The notes beneath the pieces were generated by a model. It made no database searches. It was not told the origin of the DNA and worked only from the letters and a program-made list of their open reading frames with translations. From an uncultured Candidatus Poseidoniales archaeon (lineage in GTDB: Archaea > Thermoplasmatota > Poseidoniia > Poseidoniales > Poseidoniaceae), in contig CAZEXE010000001.1 of NCBI GenBank assembly GCA_964516645.1, forward strand, positions 23,983 to 73,413: a stretch of DNA of 49,431 nt, read 5' to 3'. Position 1 is the stretch's first letter. Each line of letters opens with the position of its first letter. Below, in pieces: positions 9,303 through 17,799 of this stretch. The translations under genes and the position numbers were made by a program.

Positions 9303-10228
9303 CTCTTCTTCTTTCCAGGAGCAAGACCCAAGGGTCGCATCAAGGACAATACATGGCGATGCATTTGTGGCAACATTTCGAATAACACCAGTGCTAGCAG
9401 GAACATTGCACCTAGGGAAGCAAATCTCGAAACATAGGCATGACCAAATTCGAAAATTGTAAGGTTCATCCATCGCCAATCAGGATAACCCATTTGCAGC
9501 CAGATTAAACCAGCATTCCTAAACAAATTAAGAATATGAATCAATGAAAGGGCAATGAACAGAGCCCTTACTCTTTTTCTCCAATCGATTTCAAGAACTG
9601 AAATTGCTCCTACGAAAATTATCATTGATTGAATTGCAGTGCAAGCCAAAACGAAATTTATGAAAATCGGTTCACCATTGACCATTAATTCTGTATGGAA
9701 AGCATATTCTGACATATCCTCCGTCAAAAACCATTGATTACCTTCCCAATTATCCCAATTTACTTTGTCACCATTTGCGGGATTAGCATAAGTTTCCCCC
9801 AAAGTAACATCTGCGCCCCCTGCAAATGAAAGCAGGGCTGCAGATTGCCAAGCAACAAACCAAATTGCCAAGACATTGAGCATTGGCACATGTGCAATCA
9901 AGAGGTAGGGTAGGCCTGCAACTGCTATGGTACCTCTGAACCAACGCAAAGCATTGGCATATTTCTGCTCAGAAACTTGTCGCTCCCACATAGCAATTGC
10001 TACTGCGCCAGGTAGAGTTAGAGCACTCATTACTGTCAATACTACATCGTCATGTGAAAGATAGAATCCGACGTCATTGAAAAAATAGAATCCTGTCAAC
10101 ACCCATCCAACGGGTGCAAAAGATTCGAATTTTCCATTACGGCTTTTCCAGGTGATAAATAGTATCAACATTCCAACCGCACCAAGAATTGTTGCGAGTG
10201 ACCTGTCGACTAGATAGTCGCCTGCCAT
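9293..10228 (-). CDS. Polytopic membrane protein, probable archaeosortase/exosortase-family transpeptidase
   Basis: Has 7-8 predicted TM helices. Candidate catalytic triad: Cys in VLACTAIQSM, Arg about 40 residues later in NLFRNAGLI, and His in EFGHAY. The Cys-to-Arg spacing is as remembered for ArtA. The gene converges on and overlaps the lectin gene stop by 10 nt. Confidence 0.45.
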   Translation of the reverse strand: MAGDYLVDRSLATILGAVGMLILFITWKSRNGKFESFAPVGWVLTGFYFFNDVGFYLSHDDVVLTVMSALTLPGAVAIAMWERQVSEQKYANALRWFRGTIAVAGLPYLLIAHVPMLNVLAIWFVAWQSAALLSFAGGADVTLGETYANPANGDKVNWDNWEGNQWFLTEDMSEYAFHTELMVNGEPIFINFVLACTAIQSMIIFVGAISVLEIDWRKRVRALFIALSLIHILNLFRNAGLIWLQMGYPDWRWMNLTIFEFGHAYVSRFASLGAMFLLALVLFEMLPQMHRHVLSLMRPLGLAPGKKKSQS

Positions 10229-10286
10229 GTATTAGCGCTGAATGGCGCTTCATCTAATGGCTTCGCCTTAATGCACATAGGTATGA

Positions 10287-10904
10287 TTGATTTCCACTGC
10301 TATGATGCAGGGGCCAATAGCCGAAGTCAACATTTCCAACATCGACTTGGATTGGAATGGTGCAATCGCTTTTCTTGACAGAGATGGTGTTCTAAATTAT
10401 GGAAGCCCTCAGTACATCAACAGCCCTGAAGAATTGGAAATCATTCCGGGGTCGAGACAAGCGATTCAGAATTTACGTAAACTTGGTTTCCGAATAGCTA
10501 TCACCACAAATCAATCTGCCATAATGAGAGGATATTGGGGGGAGGACACAATCCATTCAATCCATAAAAAATTGCAAGAAGAAATTGGTAACATCGATGT
10601 CGTAATGACGTGCCCCCATAGAACTCGTGACAGATGTAGGTGCCGTAAACCACACCCAGGAATGCTGAATCGGGCATCGGAGATAATTCGTAACCAGTCG
10701 CACAAGAATTTGGACTGGTGGGGAGGTAAACCACAGCCAATTCATCATCTAGATCTAATGGTAGGAGACAGAAATTCCGACATGGGTGCTGGCTGGGCGG
10801 TAGGTGCAAGACTTTTCAAAGTGGATGAGGATGTTGGAATCAGTCAAGTTATCGAGAGGATTATCCGCAATGACGAAGGTGATGAATTCAACCCGGTGGA
10901 ATGA
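10287..10904 (+). CDS. gmhB: HAD-IIIA phosphatase, D-glycero-D-manno-heptose-1,7-bisphosphate phosphatase (GmhB)-like
   Basis: HAD motif I is FLDRDGVLN. The Zn-loop plus motif is CPHRTRDRCRCRKPHPGM. Motif IV is VGDRNSDMGAG. Confidence 0.7.
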   Translation: MISTAMMQGPIAEVNISNIDLDWNGAIAFLDRDGVLNYGSPQYINSPEELEIIPGSRQAIQNLRKLGFRIAITTNQSAIMRGYWGEDTIHSIHKKLQEEIGNIDVVMTCPHRTRDRCRCRKPHPGMLNRASEIIRNQSHKNLDWWGGKPQPIHHLDLMVGDRNSDMGAGWAVGARLFKVDEDVGISQVIERIIRNDEGDEFNPVE

Positions 10905-12019
10905 TTATGTGGTTAGGTCTTGACGATACCGATTCATTGGAAGGAGGTTGTACAACCCTTGTTTTCCATGATTTACTCAATGCTTTACCTTGTGAGCATG
11001 GGGAGCCTCGATTGACGCGTTTGTGGCCATTTGCAGCTCAGAGAACACGAGGTAATGCCTCTCTATCTGTCGAATTGCATAGCGATGATTCGATTGTTGA
11101 GTGGTTAGATGAATATTGGAAAAACAATATTCTACCTCTAAAAGGCCAAATGTCAAAATCCGTCCATTCTCAAAGGGAGCAATATCCCTCAGACCCAGGA
11201 ATGACATTATTCCAAGAGCAGCCTATTGAACAATATTACTGGAATGCTGTCAGGGGTGAAGTCAGTTTCTATGAAGGTGGACATCAATGGGGTGGACAAG
11301 GTAGAATCGGTGCGGCTGCTTCATGTGCATGGAGAGGAGGTGAGACCACTTGGGAAGGAATCGCATGGAGGTCTGGCAAGAGAGATGTTAGCGAAGATGC
11401 TCTCACAATTGTGGACAATATGGAAGGGACATTTTTGTGTCGTGACCCTCGAACAAAACGTGGGCTTATCGCTCCAAGGGGCCCGTGTCCTGTAATGTTT
11501 GGAGTTAGAGCCACCAGTAGAGAAGTTGCGTCCCAAGCGACTAATATTTTGGTTAATTCTAGTGCCAATACAATCGGTAATCGCATTTTCATTACCAATC
11601 AATCTTCAGGTGATCACATCGAATCTATTCGAAACATTACTGTAAAGGAAAAAGAAATCTTGCAAGGAGGACATGTAATAGTCAATGGGAATTACCTTGC
11701 GTTCAGTGAATCTGGTAATGTGAATAGAATCGCACAATGGTTAGACATTGGAGATAGTTTCGAATTCATGGGATTAGAATATGAAGGGAAATTCCATTTG
11801 GAAGCGATTCGAGTAACCGAATCAAAATCCGCTAGTCGACCTCTTTGTGATTGTGGTTCAAGAATGAAATCAATGGGTACAGGACAAGGGGTTCGATGCC
11901 CTATATGCAAATCACGAAGTATGGAATTGTGGAGCCATGAAGAAAGAGTACCACCATTTACTGGATGGGTACAACCGCCTGTAGACAAACGCCGACATTT
12001 GGCAAAGAGTCTGACATAA
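10901..12019 (+). CDS. tiaS: tRNA(Ile2) 2-agmatinylcytidine synthetase TiaS
   Basis: N-terminus WLGLDDTDSLEGGCTT matches the TiaS kinase-domain signature (GIDDTDS..GMCTT). A C-terminal zinc ribbon is CDCGSRMKSMGTGQGVRCPICKS. The ATGA start/stop overlaps gmhB. Confidence 0.85.
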   Translation: MIMWLGLDDTDSLEGGCTTLVFHDLLNALPCEHGEPRLTRLWPFAAQRTRGNASLSVELHSDDSIVEWLDEYWKNNILPLKGQMSKSVHSQREQYPSDPGMTLFQEQPIEQYYWNAVRGEVSFYEGGHQWGGQGRIGAAASCAWRGGETTWEGIAWRSGKRDVSEDALTIVDNMEGTFLCRDPRTKRGLIAPRGPCPVMFGVRATSREVASQATNILVNSSANTIGNRIFITNQSSGDHIESIRNITVKEKEILQGGHVIVNGNYLAFSESGNVNRIAQWLDIGDSFEFMGLEYEGKFHLEAIRVTESKSASRPLCDCGSRMKSMGTGQGVRCPICKSRSMELWSHEERVPPFTGWVQPPVDKRRHLAKSLT

Positions 12020-12059
12020 TACCCTAAATCTTGATAGCCGAGCCCTGCTGGCGACTAAC

Positions 12060-12293
12060 ATGGTAGATTCTACAGAACTAACTTACATCATTCTCGGACT
12101 GACTTTGTTAGGTATGATTTGGTACATGACAAACCGTGGTAGGGCAAATCTTGCAAAAGCAAAGCAAGATGCCGCTCCAGCGATCGCAGGTGATGATGTG
12201 CTTGATGGCGCAGCAAAAAATCCTGAGCAATTCGATGAGCCCGATGATGAAGCGTTAGAAGAAATGGCTAAACTTCTTGGTGAAGAGGAATAA
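12060..12293 (+). CDS. Small single-pass membrane protein with an acidic C-terminal tail
   Basis: N-terminal TM segment is LTYIILGLTLLGMIWYM followed by NRGR. The tail is rich in D/E (DEPDDEALEEMAKLLGEEE). No recognisable family. Confidence 0.4.
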   Translation: MVDSTELTYIILGLTLLGMIWYMTNRGRANLAKAKQDAAPAIAGDDVLDGAAKNPEQFDEPDDEALEEMAKLLGEEE

Positions 12294-12863
12294 TCAACAA
12301 ACAAATCCTTCTTCTTTCAAACGAAGTTCGATTTGTTCACCGTCCAGCCACAGTACCCTTCTTGAGTCTGAATCTGGACGAGTTAGTAACCACACTTTGT
12401 CTGCATTCAATTTGTTTTTTCCACGAGCAACCAATGGCTGTGAATCCATAGAAGTGCCTCCCTTGGAAATCAATAATGTGGTCCAATCTGTATCTGAAAT
12501 CAATTTGTTCACAGATTCGATTACATCACCTGGAATTGCCCCGCTGTCTGGGCAATAATCATCAAGGACAACTAGAGAAACATTCGGTAACATCTTTGCT
12601 GAATTCAATAAAGATTCAATCGCTTGTTCGATATTACCTACTAAATTCATGGCATGAAATCTAGAAGATGCTGTAAGTGAAATCTCGGAAAAGATATGTG
12701 AAAATCTAATTCCATCAGGTAGTTCTGGTGCAGCCCACAGTACTCGACCACCGTTATCAATAACTTGCCGAGCCAATTGCAGACCCAATGTTGTTCCACC
12801 ACACGAACCTTCTACTGCCAAATGGATTGAAGCACCATCAATGGGTGGTTTCCATAATTCCAT
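12294..12863 (-). CDS. RecA/KaiC-superfamily-like protein with a degenerate (lysine-less) Walker A; probable pseudo-ATPase
   Basis: IHLAVEGSCGGTTLGLQLARQVIDNGGRVLW aligns by eye to the KaiC/RadA P-loop region (G.pGtGKT.l.lqf......g..vly), but GK is replaced. A Walker-B-like VSLVVLDD is retained. Confidence 0.45.
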   Translation of the reverse strand: MELWKPPIDGASIHLAVEGSCGGTTLGLQLARQVIDNGGRVLWAAPELPDGIRFSHIFSEISLTASSRFHAMNLVGNIEQAIESLLNSAKMLPNVSLVVLDDYCPDSGAIPGDVIESVNKLISDTDWTTLLISKGGTSMDSQPLVARGKNKLNADKVWLLTRPDSDSRRVLWLDGEQIELRLKEEGFVC

Positions 12864-12872
12864 TTCAAGACC

Positions 12873-13424
12873 TCAGTCTAGGTTAATCATTGCGGGAACT
12901 TCTATTTCCTCTTCTTCATAGTCACCGCTACCAAGAAGCAGGTCGAGCAAGTCCCCCCCGGAATCTTCTTCCTCGAACTTTTTCTCACTTATTGCCTTAC
13001 GTGAGCGAGATAATCTAGCCGCCATTAACAAGTGCGCTTCCAATTTTCTTGTTGCTTCTCGATAATCTCTAACTGAGAAATAACCCATGAAATCATTATT
13101 CTCATCGACCACTATGACCACATCTGGCGATGTATTGCTCATCAGATCCAAGCCCTTTGAAAGGGGCATGTTTCCTTGAACTGCTAGGATATTCGTTCGC
13201 ATAATTTTGTCAACTTTGACTTTAGTCGCATTGATTCCTTCTGCCATTCTAGCGAAGATGTCTCTTGCGGTAACGACACCAAGAATTTCTCTTTCTCTTT
13301 TTACTAAAATCGCATGTTCAGGATTTATGGAAAGTTCTTGGCAAATCTCGCTTACTTTTGTCTTAGAAGCTACTACAATATGCTCGTCGGTAATCGACAT
13401 ATCTGCGACAGTGGGTTCTTCCAT
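12873..13424 (-). CDS. CBS-domain pair protein with an acidic C-terminal tail
   Basis: Two CBS repeats: ILGVVTARDIFARM and DFMGYFSVRDYREA. The track ORF extends to 13502, but that hydrophobic N-terminal extension would leave no promoter space. The ATG at 13424 (MEEPTVADMSITDEHIV) is the more likely start. Confidence 0.65.
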   Translation of the reverse strand: MEEPTVADMSITDEHIVVASKTKVSEICQELSINPEHAILVKREREILGVVTARDIFARMAEGINATKVKVDKIMRTNILAVQGNMPLSKGLDLMSNTSPDVVIVVDENNDFMGYFSVRDYREATRKLEAHLLMAARLSRSRKAISEKKFEEEDSGGDLLDLLLGSGDYEEEEIEVPAMINLD

Positions 13425-13508
13425 GTGCTGGCGTAATTGTTCATAGAAGATATTGGTTTCCCAATATACAATGACAAGCCATATGACCCAATTGCCCTTC
13501 ACACATTC

Positions 13509-13724
13509 ATGGCCGGTGAATTGCGTAAGGGAGAAAGGATTCCAAGAAGACCTCTACCTAAGTTCAAGGAAGCCGGTAAATTATCTTCGGCATTATCGCG
13601 AGATGGATTAATGAAAACCGCATTAGAGGACACCAATGAGTATGGACCTCATTCAATGATTTTGCTCTTAATGATTGTAGCGACTGTCACCGGTGGAATT
13701 TTACTAGCATTCCGCTACATTTAA
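13509..13724 (+). CDS. Small tail-anchored membrane protein, possibly Sec61-beta/archaeal SecG-like
   Basis: Internal ATG of the 95-aa track ORF. Basic N-terminus, then GLMKTALEDTNEYGPHSMILLLMIVATVTGGILLAF. This resembles the Sec61beta pattern aGL.ry.ed....i.P..V plus a C-terminal TM. The similarity is weak. Confidence 0.35.
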   Translation: MAGELRKGERIPRRPLPKFKEAGKLSSALSRDGLMKTALEDTNEYGPHSMILLLMIVATVTGGILLAFRYI

Positions 13725-13798
13725 TCGGTAGCAAATTCGTATTTCTTGCATATTCATTTGGGGCAATATACAAACCCTTGACAAGTTAGCCGCCACTC

Positions 13799-14239
13799 AT
13801 GGGTGATGATTCGGTCAATGTCGAAAGTCGAACTTCATCCCAGGATAAACGTTGGACAATTATGGCGGCATTGCTTGGAACAAATACCGCAGTGATGCTT
13901 TTTCAAGGAATAGAGCAAGAGGCAAATCCAAAATTCATTAGAGAACTTGCTTTAACATTGATTGCAGCCACAATTCCTTTCCAGGGTATTTATTTCTTGA
14001 TCTATACATTCCTGCTTGAGAATGATGGAAAACTAAGCGAAGAAATGATGGATAGATTGAATCTCGCATCTGCACTGTGTCAAGTTCTCGCTTACTTGTC
14101 CCTATTTGGGCTGATTGGATTGTGGTATAGCATGTCGAAAATGGTTGGTATCGCATTCACATTATCGTCACTAGTTGCAATGATTCTAGTGCGAGTATCG
14201 ATGAAACAAACCGATGTAAGTAAGGAAGTTACTGAATAG
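13799..14239 (+). CDS. Hypothetical integral membrane protein (about 4 TM)
   Basis: Hydrophobic segments are WTIMAALLGTNTAVMLF, LALTLIAATIPFQGIYFLIYTFLL, ALCQVLAYLSLFGLIGLWY and VGIAFTLSSLVAMILV. No family recognised. Confidence 0.5.
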   Translation: MGDDSVNVESRTSSQDKRWTIMAALLGTNTAVMLFQGIEQEANPKFIRELALTLIAATIPFQGIYFLIYTFLLENDGKLSEEMMDRLNLASALCQVLAYLSLFGLIGLWYSMSKMVGIAFTLSSLVAMILVRVSMKQTDVSKEVTE

Positions 14240-15578
14240 CACTACGTGCCAATTCAACCGCTTCATCAACAATTTCTCCAGATACACCAATATGGTTTGC
14301 AGGGTCGAACATTGCCTCTAAGTCTTCAGCACTAAATGCTGCAGCAACAGCCGGAGTTCGAGCACAGACATCGATTAATTCCTCACCATTTTCAATAGCC
14401 TCAAAGGATGCAGACCTAAGAATTTCATGTGCTTCGTCACGACCGATTCCATGATTGACAAGTTCAATCATCACCTTTTCAGCCATTACCAATCCTTTTT
14501 GGCTAGCAATATTTGCTAACATTCTATCACTATCAACCCAAAGATTAGTTAGAACATTAGCAGTCTTAGCAACAACATCTTCACAAAGTGCAGAAGCATG
14601 AGACAATGTGAATCTCTCACTACTGGAATTAGCAAGATCCCGTTCGTGCCAAAGTAATGCGTTTTCATAAGTAGGAATGATGAATGAACGAACAATTCTA
14701 GCAAGTCCTGAAGCATTTTCTGATTTAATTGGATTTTTCTTATGTGCCATAGTGGAAGAGCCCACTTGTTTCTTTACATCAAATCCCTCACCAGCTTCTG
14801 CGATTTCAGAACGCTGGAGATTTCTTATTTCCTGCAGAATCTTTTCACATGTGCAGGCAACATTAGAGAGCCAAGAAACATACTCGATGTAACGATCACG
14901 ACCTACTACCTGTGTGGTTGCAAGAGGAACCTCAAGACCAAGATGTGTCAAGATTAATCTCTGTAATTCACGTGCACCTTCGCCTTGTGCTGCACCCGTA
15001 CCAACAGCACCCAAAAATTTGCCAACAGCAATACGAGGAGTCGCCTCGTCTAGACGAACCAATTGGCGACGCATTTCATCTAGCCATACCGCTGCTTTCA
15101 GGCCAAAAGTAATCGGTACAGCGGCTTGGCCATGAGTTCTACCAAGCATTACAGTATCTCTTTCCCTTTCTGCAAGATTTGCTGTAACTTCAATTAGGTT
15201 GCATAGTTGTTCGCGTAATAGAATGATTGAGTCCCTAAGTTGTAATCCGACAGCAGTATCTACAATATCATTTGATGTTGCTCCTAAATGAATACACCAA
15301 CCTGCTTCGCCTGCTGCTTCTGCCATAGCCTTAGTCAAAGCCATAATGTCGTGACGTGTTTCTGCTTCAATTTCTGAAACTCTTTCCTTAGTTACAATTG
15401 ATGGTACTGCGATTTCTGCTACCTTAGCATAATCTTCAGCCGAAACCTTTCCCATCTCTTTGTGAGCCCAAATTAGTGCTCTTTCGACTTCCAACTGACG
15501 TTGATGCCGTCCTAGTTCAGACCATATCTCTTTGAAGTCTTGGCAACCATATCGATAGTCGAGAGGACAGAACGCCAT
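14229..15578 (-). CDS. purB: Adenylosuccinate lyase
   Basis: N-terminal CPLDYRYG and the fumarate-lyase signature GSSTMAHKKNP. The track ORF runs to 15632. The ATG at 15578 (MAFCPLDYRYG) fits the family N-terminus better. Confidence 0.85.
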   Translation of the reverse strand: MAFCPLDYRYGCQDFKEIWSELGRHQRQLEVERALIWAHKEMGKVSAEDYAKVAEIAVPSIVTKERVSEIEAETRHDIMALTKAMAEAAGEAGWCIHLGATSNDIVDTAVGLQLRDSIILLREQLCNLIEVTANLAERERDTVMLGRTHGQAAVPITFGLKAAVWLDEMRRQLVRLDEATPRIAVGKFLGAVGTGAAQGEGARELQRLILTHLGLEVPLATTQVVGRDRYIEYVSWLSNVACTCEKILQEIRNLQRSEIAEAGEGFDVKKQVGSSTMAHKKNPIKSENASGLARIVRSFIIPTYENALLWHERDLANSSSERFTLSHASALCEDVVAKTANVLTNLWVDSDRMLANIASQKGLVMAEKVMIELVNHGIGRDEAHEILRSASFEAIENGEELIDVCARTPAVAAAFSAEDLEAMFDPANHIGVSGEIVDEAVELARSAIQ

Positions 15579-15644
15579 GTTTGACTCCCTTTGGGCATAG
15601 GACATGAATATTCCGAGTAAAGGCCCTTCCAAAGAAATCAGGAA

Positions 15645-16292
15645 TTACTCAAAAGTTAGGTGTCCTCTTACCCCATCCCAATGTGCCTCAAATTTCAATT
15701 CTAATTCACCATTCATGTGAGGACCAGCGATTACTAGAGTTTCATATTCGCCTCCTTCTCCATCAAAATGAAATCTATATTTCGAAGCAATACTCTGTAA
15801 TTTCATCAACGAATCTACGTCTAGAACACATCCCAGCCATTCGCTGCCCAAACCATCTGAAGATACGCCTGTAATCATTACTTTGAACCCGTTTGCCACT
15901 AAATTTTCCATATGAGAATGGCTGGATTGATGCCATAAAGGTGTGAATGATTTAATTCCTAATTCCTCGCTCATTCGCTCCAACCGAGTTTTTTGATAAT
16001 CCGAGCGTAAGGCACCTGAAACAATCCCATCAATATCCAAATTCAAAAGTGCGTTTTTTAAATCATCAACTTCTTTTTCAGCTTCGCCCTTTGTTTCAAC
16101 TGGCAACCATTTACACCCACATAATTCTGCTTGATCCTCGACCAATGAAGTCCCAGGAATCTGAAACATCAATGAATCATTGCCGACAACTATCATCGTA
16201 ACTAAGTGAGTAACATCCCAACCTTTGCACTGGGCCCACCAAATTGCAGCACTACTGTCCTTGCCGCCACTAGAGAGAACTGCTACCTTCAC
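15645..16292 (-). CDS. dph6: Diphthine--ammonia ligase (Dph6-type PP-loop ATPase, MJ0570 family)
   Basis: PP-loop is VAVLSSGGKDSS. The family block is FHFDGEGGEYETLV. Length is 215 aa. Confidence 0.8.
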   Translation of the reverse strand: MKVAVLSSGGKDSSAAIWWAQCKGWDVTHLVTMIVVGNDSLMFQIPGTSLVEDQAELCGCKWLPVETKGEAEKEVDDLKNALLNLDIDGIVSGALRSDYQKTRLERMSEELGIKSFTPLWHQSSHSHMENLVANGFKVMITGVSSDGLGSEWLGCVLDVDSLMKLQSIASKYRFHFDGEGGEYETLVIAGPHMNGELELKFEAHWDGVRGHLTFE

Positions 16293-16346
16293 AGACCTCG
16301 CATCCCGCCAAGGTTGATAAGACCCCGACCCGGACCGCTACTAGAG

Positions 16347-17078
16347 GTGGGCACTTTGCAGCCAAGCGGAAGAGGATATGACCACGGAATTACCACATTC
16401 AGCCCAGATGGAAGATTGTTTCAGGTAGAATATGCTAGAGAGAGTGTAAAGAGAGGAACTACGACTGCTGGACTAAAGTTCAGAGATGGTGTGGTTTTAG
16501 TCTGCGACAAGAGAATTGCAAGTCGTTTAATTATTCCAGAGTCCATCGAAAAGATGTTCAAGATTGATGACCATGTAGGCATAGCGACCAGTGGACTTGT
16601 TGCAGATGCTAGGCAACTTGTTGCACGTGCACGTGTTGAGGCACAAATTAACCGAATAACATACGCGGCAACAGTTCCAGTAGATATCTTAACAAAGAAA
16701 ATTTGTGATTTTAAGCAATCATTCACCCAATACGGTGGTTCACGACCGTTTGGCACTGCTCTACTAGTAGGCGGTGTTGATGACAATGGCATTCACCTAT
16801 TCGAAACCGATCCCTCTGGAGCATACCAGTCATACCATGCTGGAGCAATCGGTAGCGGTAGAAATACTGTTATCGATTACTTCGAAAAGAATTGGAAGAA
16901 TAATTTGACCTTAAACGCTGCAATGAAACTTGGATTAGAAGCTTTACGAAACGCGAATGATCAAGAACTAAACAGGGACGCAGTAGAAGTTTCAGTCATT
17001 GATTCTGAAGGTTACAGAGTACTGGACAGAGGCGAAGTAAACAAGCAGATTGATCGATTGAAGCCACTTGAGGAGTGA
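16347..17078 (+). CDS. psmA: Proteasome subunit alpha
   Basis: GYDHGITTFSPDGRLFQVEYA is the alpha-subunit signature. The track ORF start at 16206 overlaps dph6 by 87 nt. An in-frame GTG at 16347 (or TTG at 16356) gives a normal N-terminus. Confidence 0.9.
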   Translation: MGTLQPSGRGYDHGITTFSPDGRLFQVEYARESVKRGTTTAGLKFRDGVVLVCDKRIASRLIIPESIEKMFKIDDHVGIATSGLVADARQLVARARVEAQINRITYAATVPVDILTKKICDFKQSFTQYGGSRPFGTALLVGGVDDNGIHLFETDPSGAYQSYHAGAIGSGRNTVIDYFEKNWKNNLTLNAAMKLGLEALRNANDQELNRDAVEVSVIDSEGYRVLDRGEVNKQIDRLKPLEE

Positions 17079-17086
17079 ACTTAATC

Positions 17087-17773
17087 ATGGTCAGCCTTGA
17101 CTCTGCTGTCTTGGCTCGCTGGGAATACGGCGGAAAGCGATATGAGATTTTAGTCGATCCAGACTTAGTCGAATCGTTTAGACAAAACCCAGCCAATGTT
17201 AACATGGATGATTTCCTTGCTACAGATGAAGTATGGCATGATGCAAAAGGTGGAGATAGACCTACCGAAGAAGCAATTGAAGGTGCATTTGGTACTCAGG
17301 AAATCAACGAAATCGCAGCGATTATTCTCGACAAAGGGAATATCCAATTAACAACAAACCAAAGAAAGGAGATGGTTGAACAGAAACGTCAGTTGATTAT
17401 CGAGGAAATACATTCAACTGCAATCGATCCCAAGGCCAAATCACCACATCCAAAAACTAGAATCGAATTAGCATTGGAGGAGAGTAGATTTTCAGTTGAC
17501 CCTTTCAAACGCCTCGATGTTCAAGTTAAGGATGCAATCAATTCTCTAAAACCACTAATTCCTCTGTCCTTTGAACCGGTAAGAATCGCTTTTAGAATAT
17601 CTGGTTCTGGATACGGAAAATCTAGCAAATTTTTGCGCCAATATTTGGACAAAGAAGAATGGTTGTCAAATGGAGATTGGGCCTGTATTATCGAGTGCCC
17701 ACCGGGGATGGTAGGAAATATCATTGGTAAGGTAAAAAGCGTTGACGGGAACTCAGAAGTCAAAGAATTGTGA
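17087..17773 (+). CDS. SBDS/Sdo1-family ribosome maturation protein
   Basis: MVSLDSAVLARWEYGGKRYEILVDPD matches the SBDS N-terminal FYSH domain. The gene holds the canonical position after psmA in the archaeal exosome superoperon. The track start GTG 17075 overlaps the psmA stop. ATG 17087 is preceded by GGAG. Confidence 0.85.
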   Translation: MVSLDSAVLARWEYGGKRYEILVDPDLVESFRQNPANVNMDDFLATDEVWHDAKGGDRPTEEAIEGAFGTQEINEIAAIILDKGNIQLTTNQRKEMVEQKRQLIIEEIHSTAIDPKAKSPHPKTRIELALEESRFSVDPFKRLDVQVKDAINSLKPLIPLSFEPVRIAFRISGSGYGKSSKFLRQYLDKEEWLSNGDWACIIECPPGMVGNIIGKVKSVDGNSEVKEL

Positions 17774-17799
17774 AGAATTCGTAAAGCGTCTGCTTTATC

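Noticed and set aside
12277-12558. A 93-aa plus-strand ORF opposite the RecA-like gene.
   Set aside because: It is fully contained in the antisense of a longer ORF that has a recognisable P-loop-fold layout. Its translation is Ser-rich with no motif.
16206-16346. The long N-terminal extension of psmA given by the ORF track, which overlaps dph6 on the opposite strand.
   Set aside because: The translation of this part (MSNIPTFALGPPNCSTT...PRIPPRLIRPRPGP) is not proteasome-like and overlaps 87 nt of a confident gene. In-frame GTG 16347 or TTG 16356 gives the canonical alpha-subunit N-terminus.
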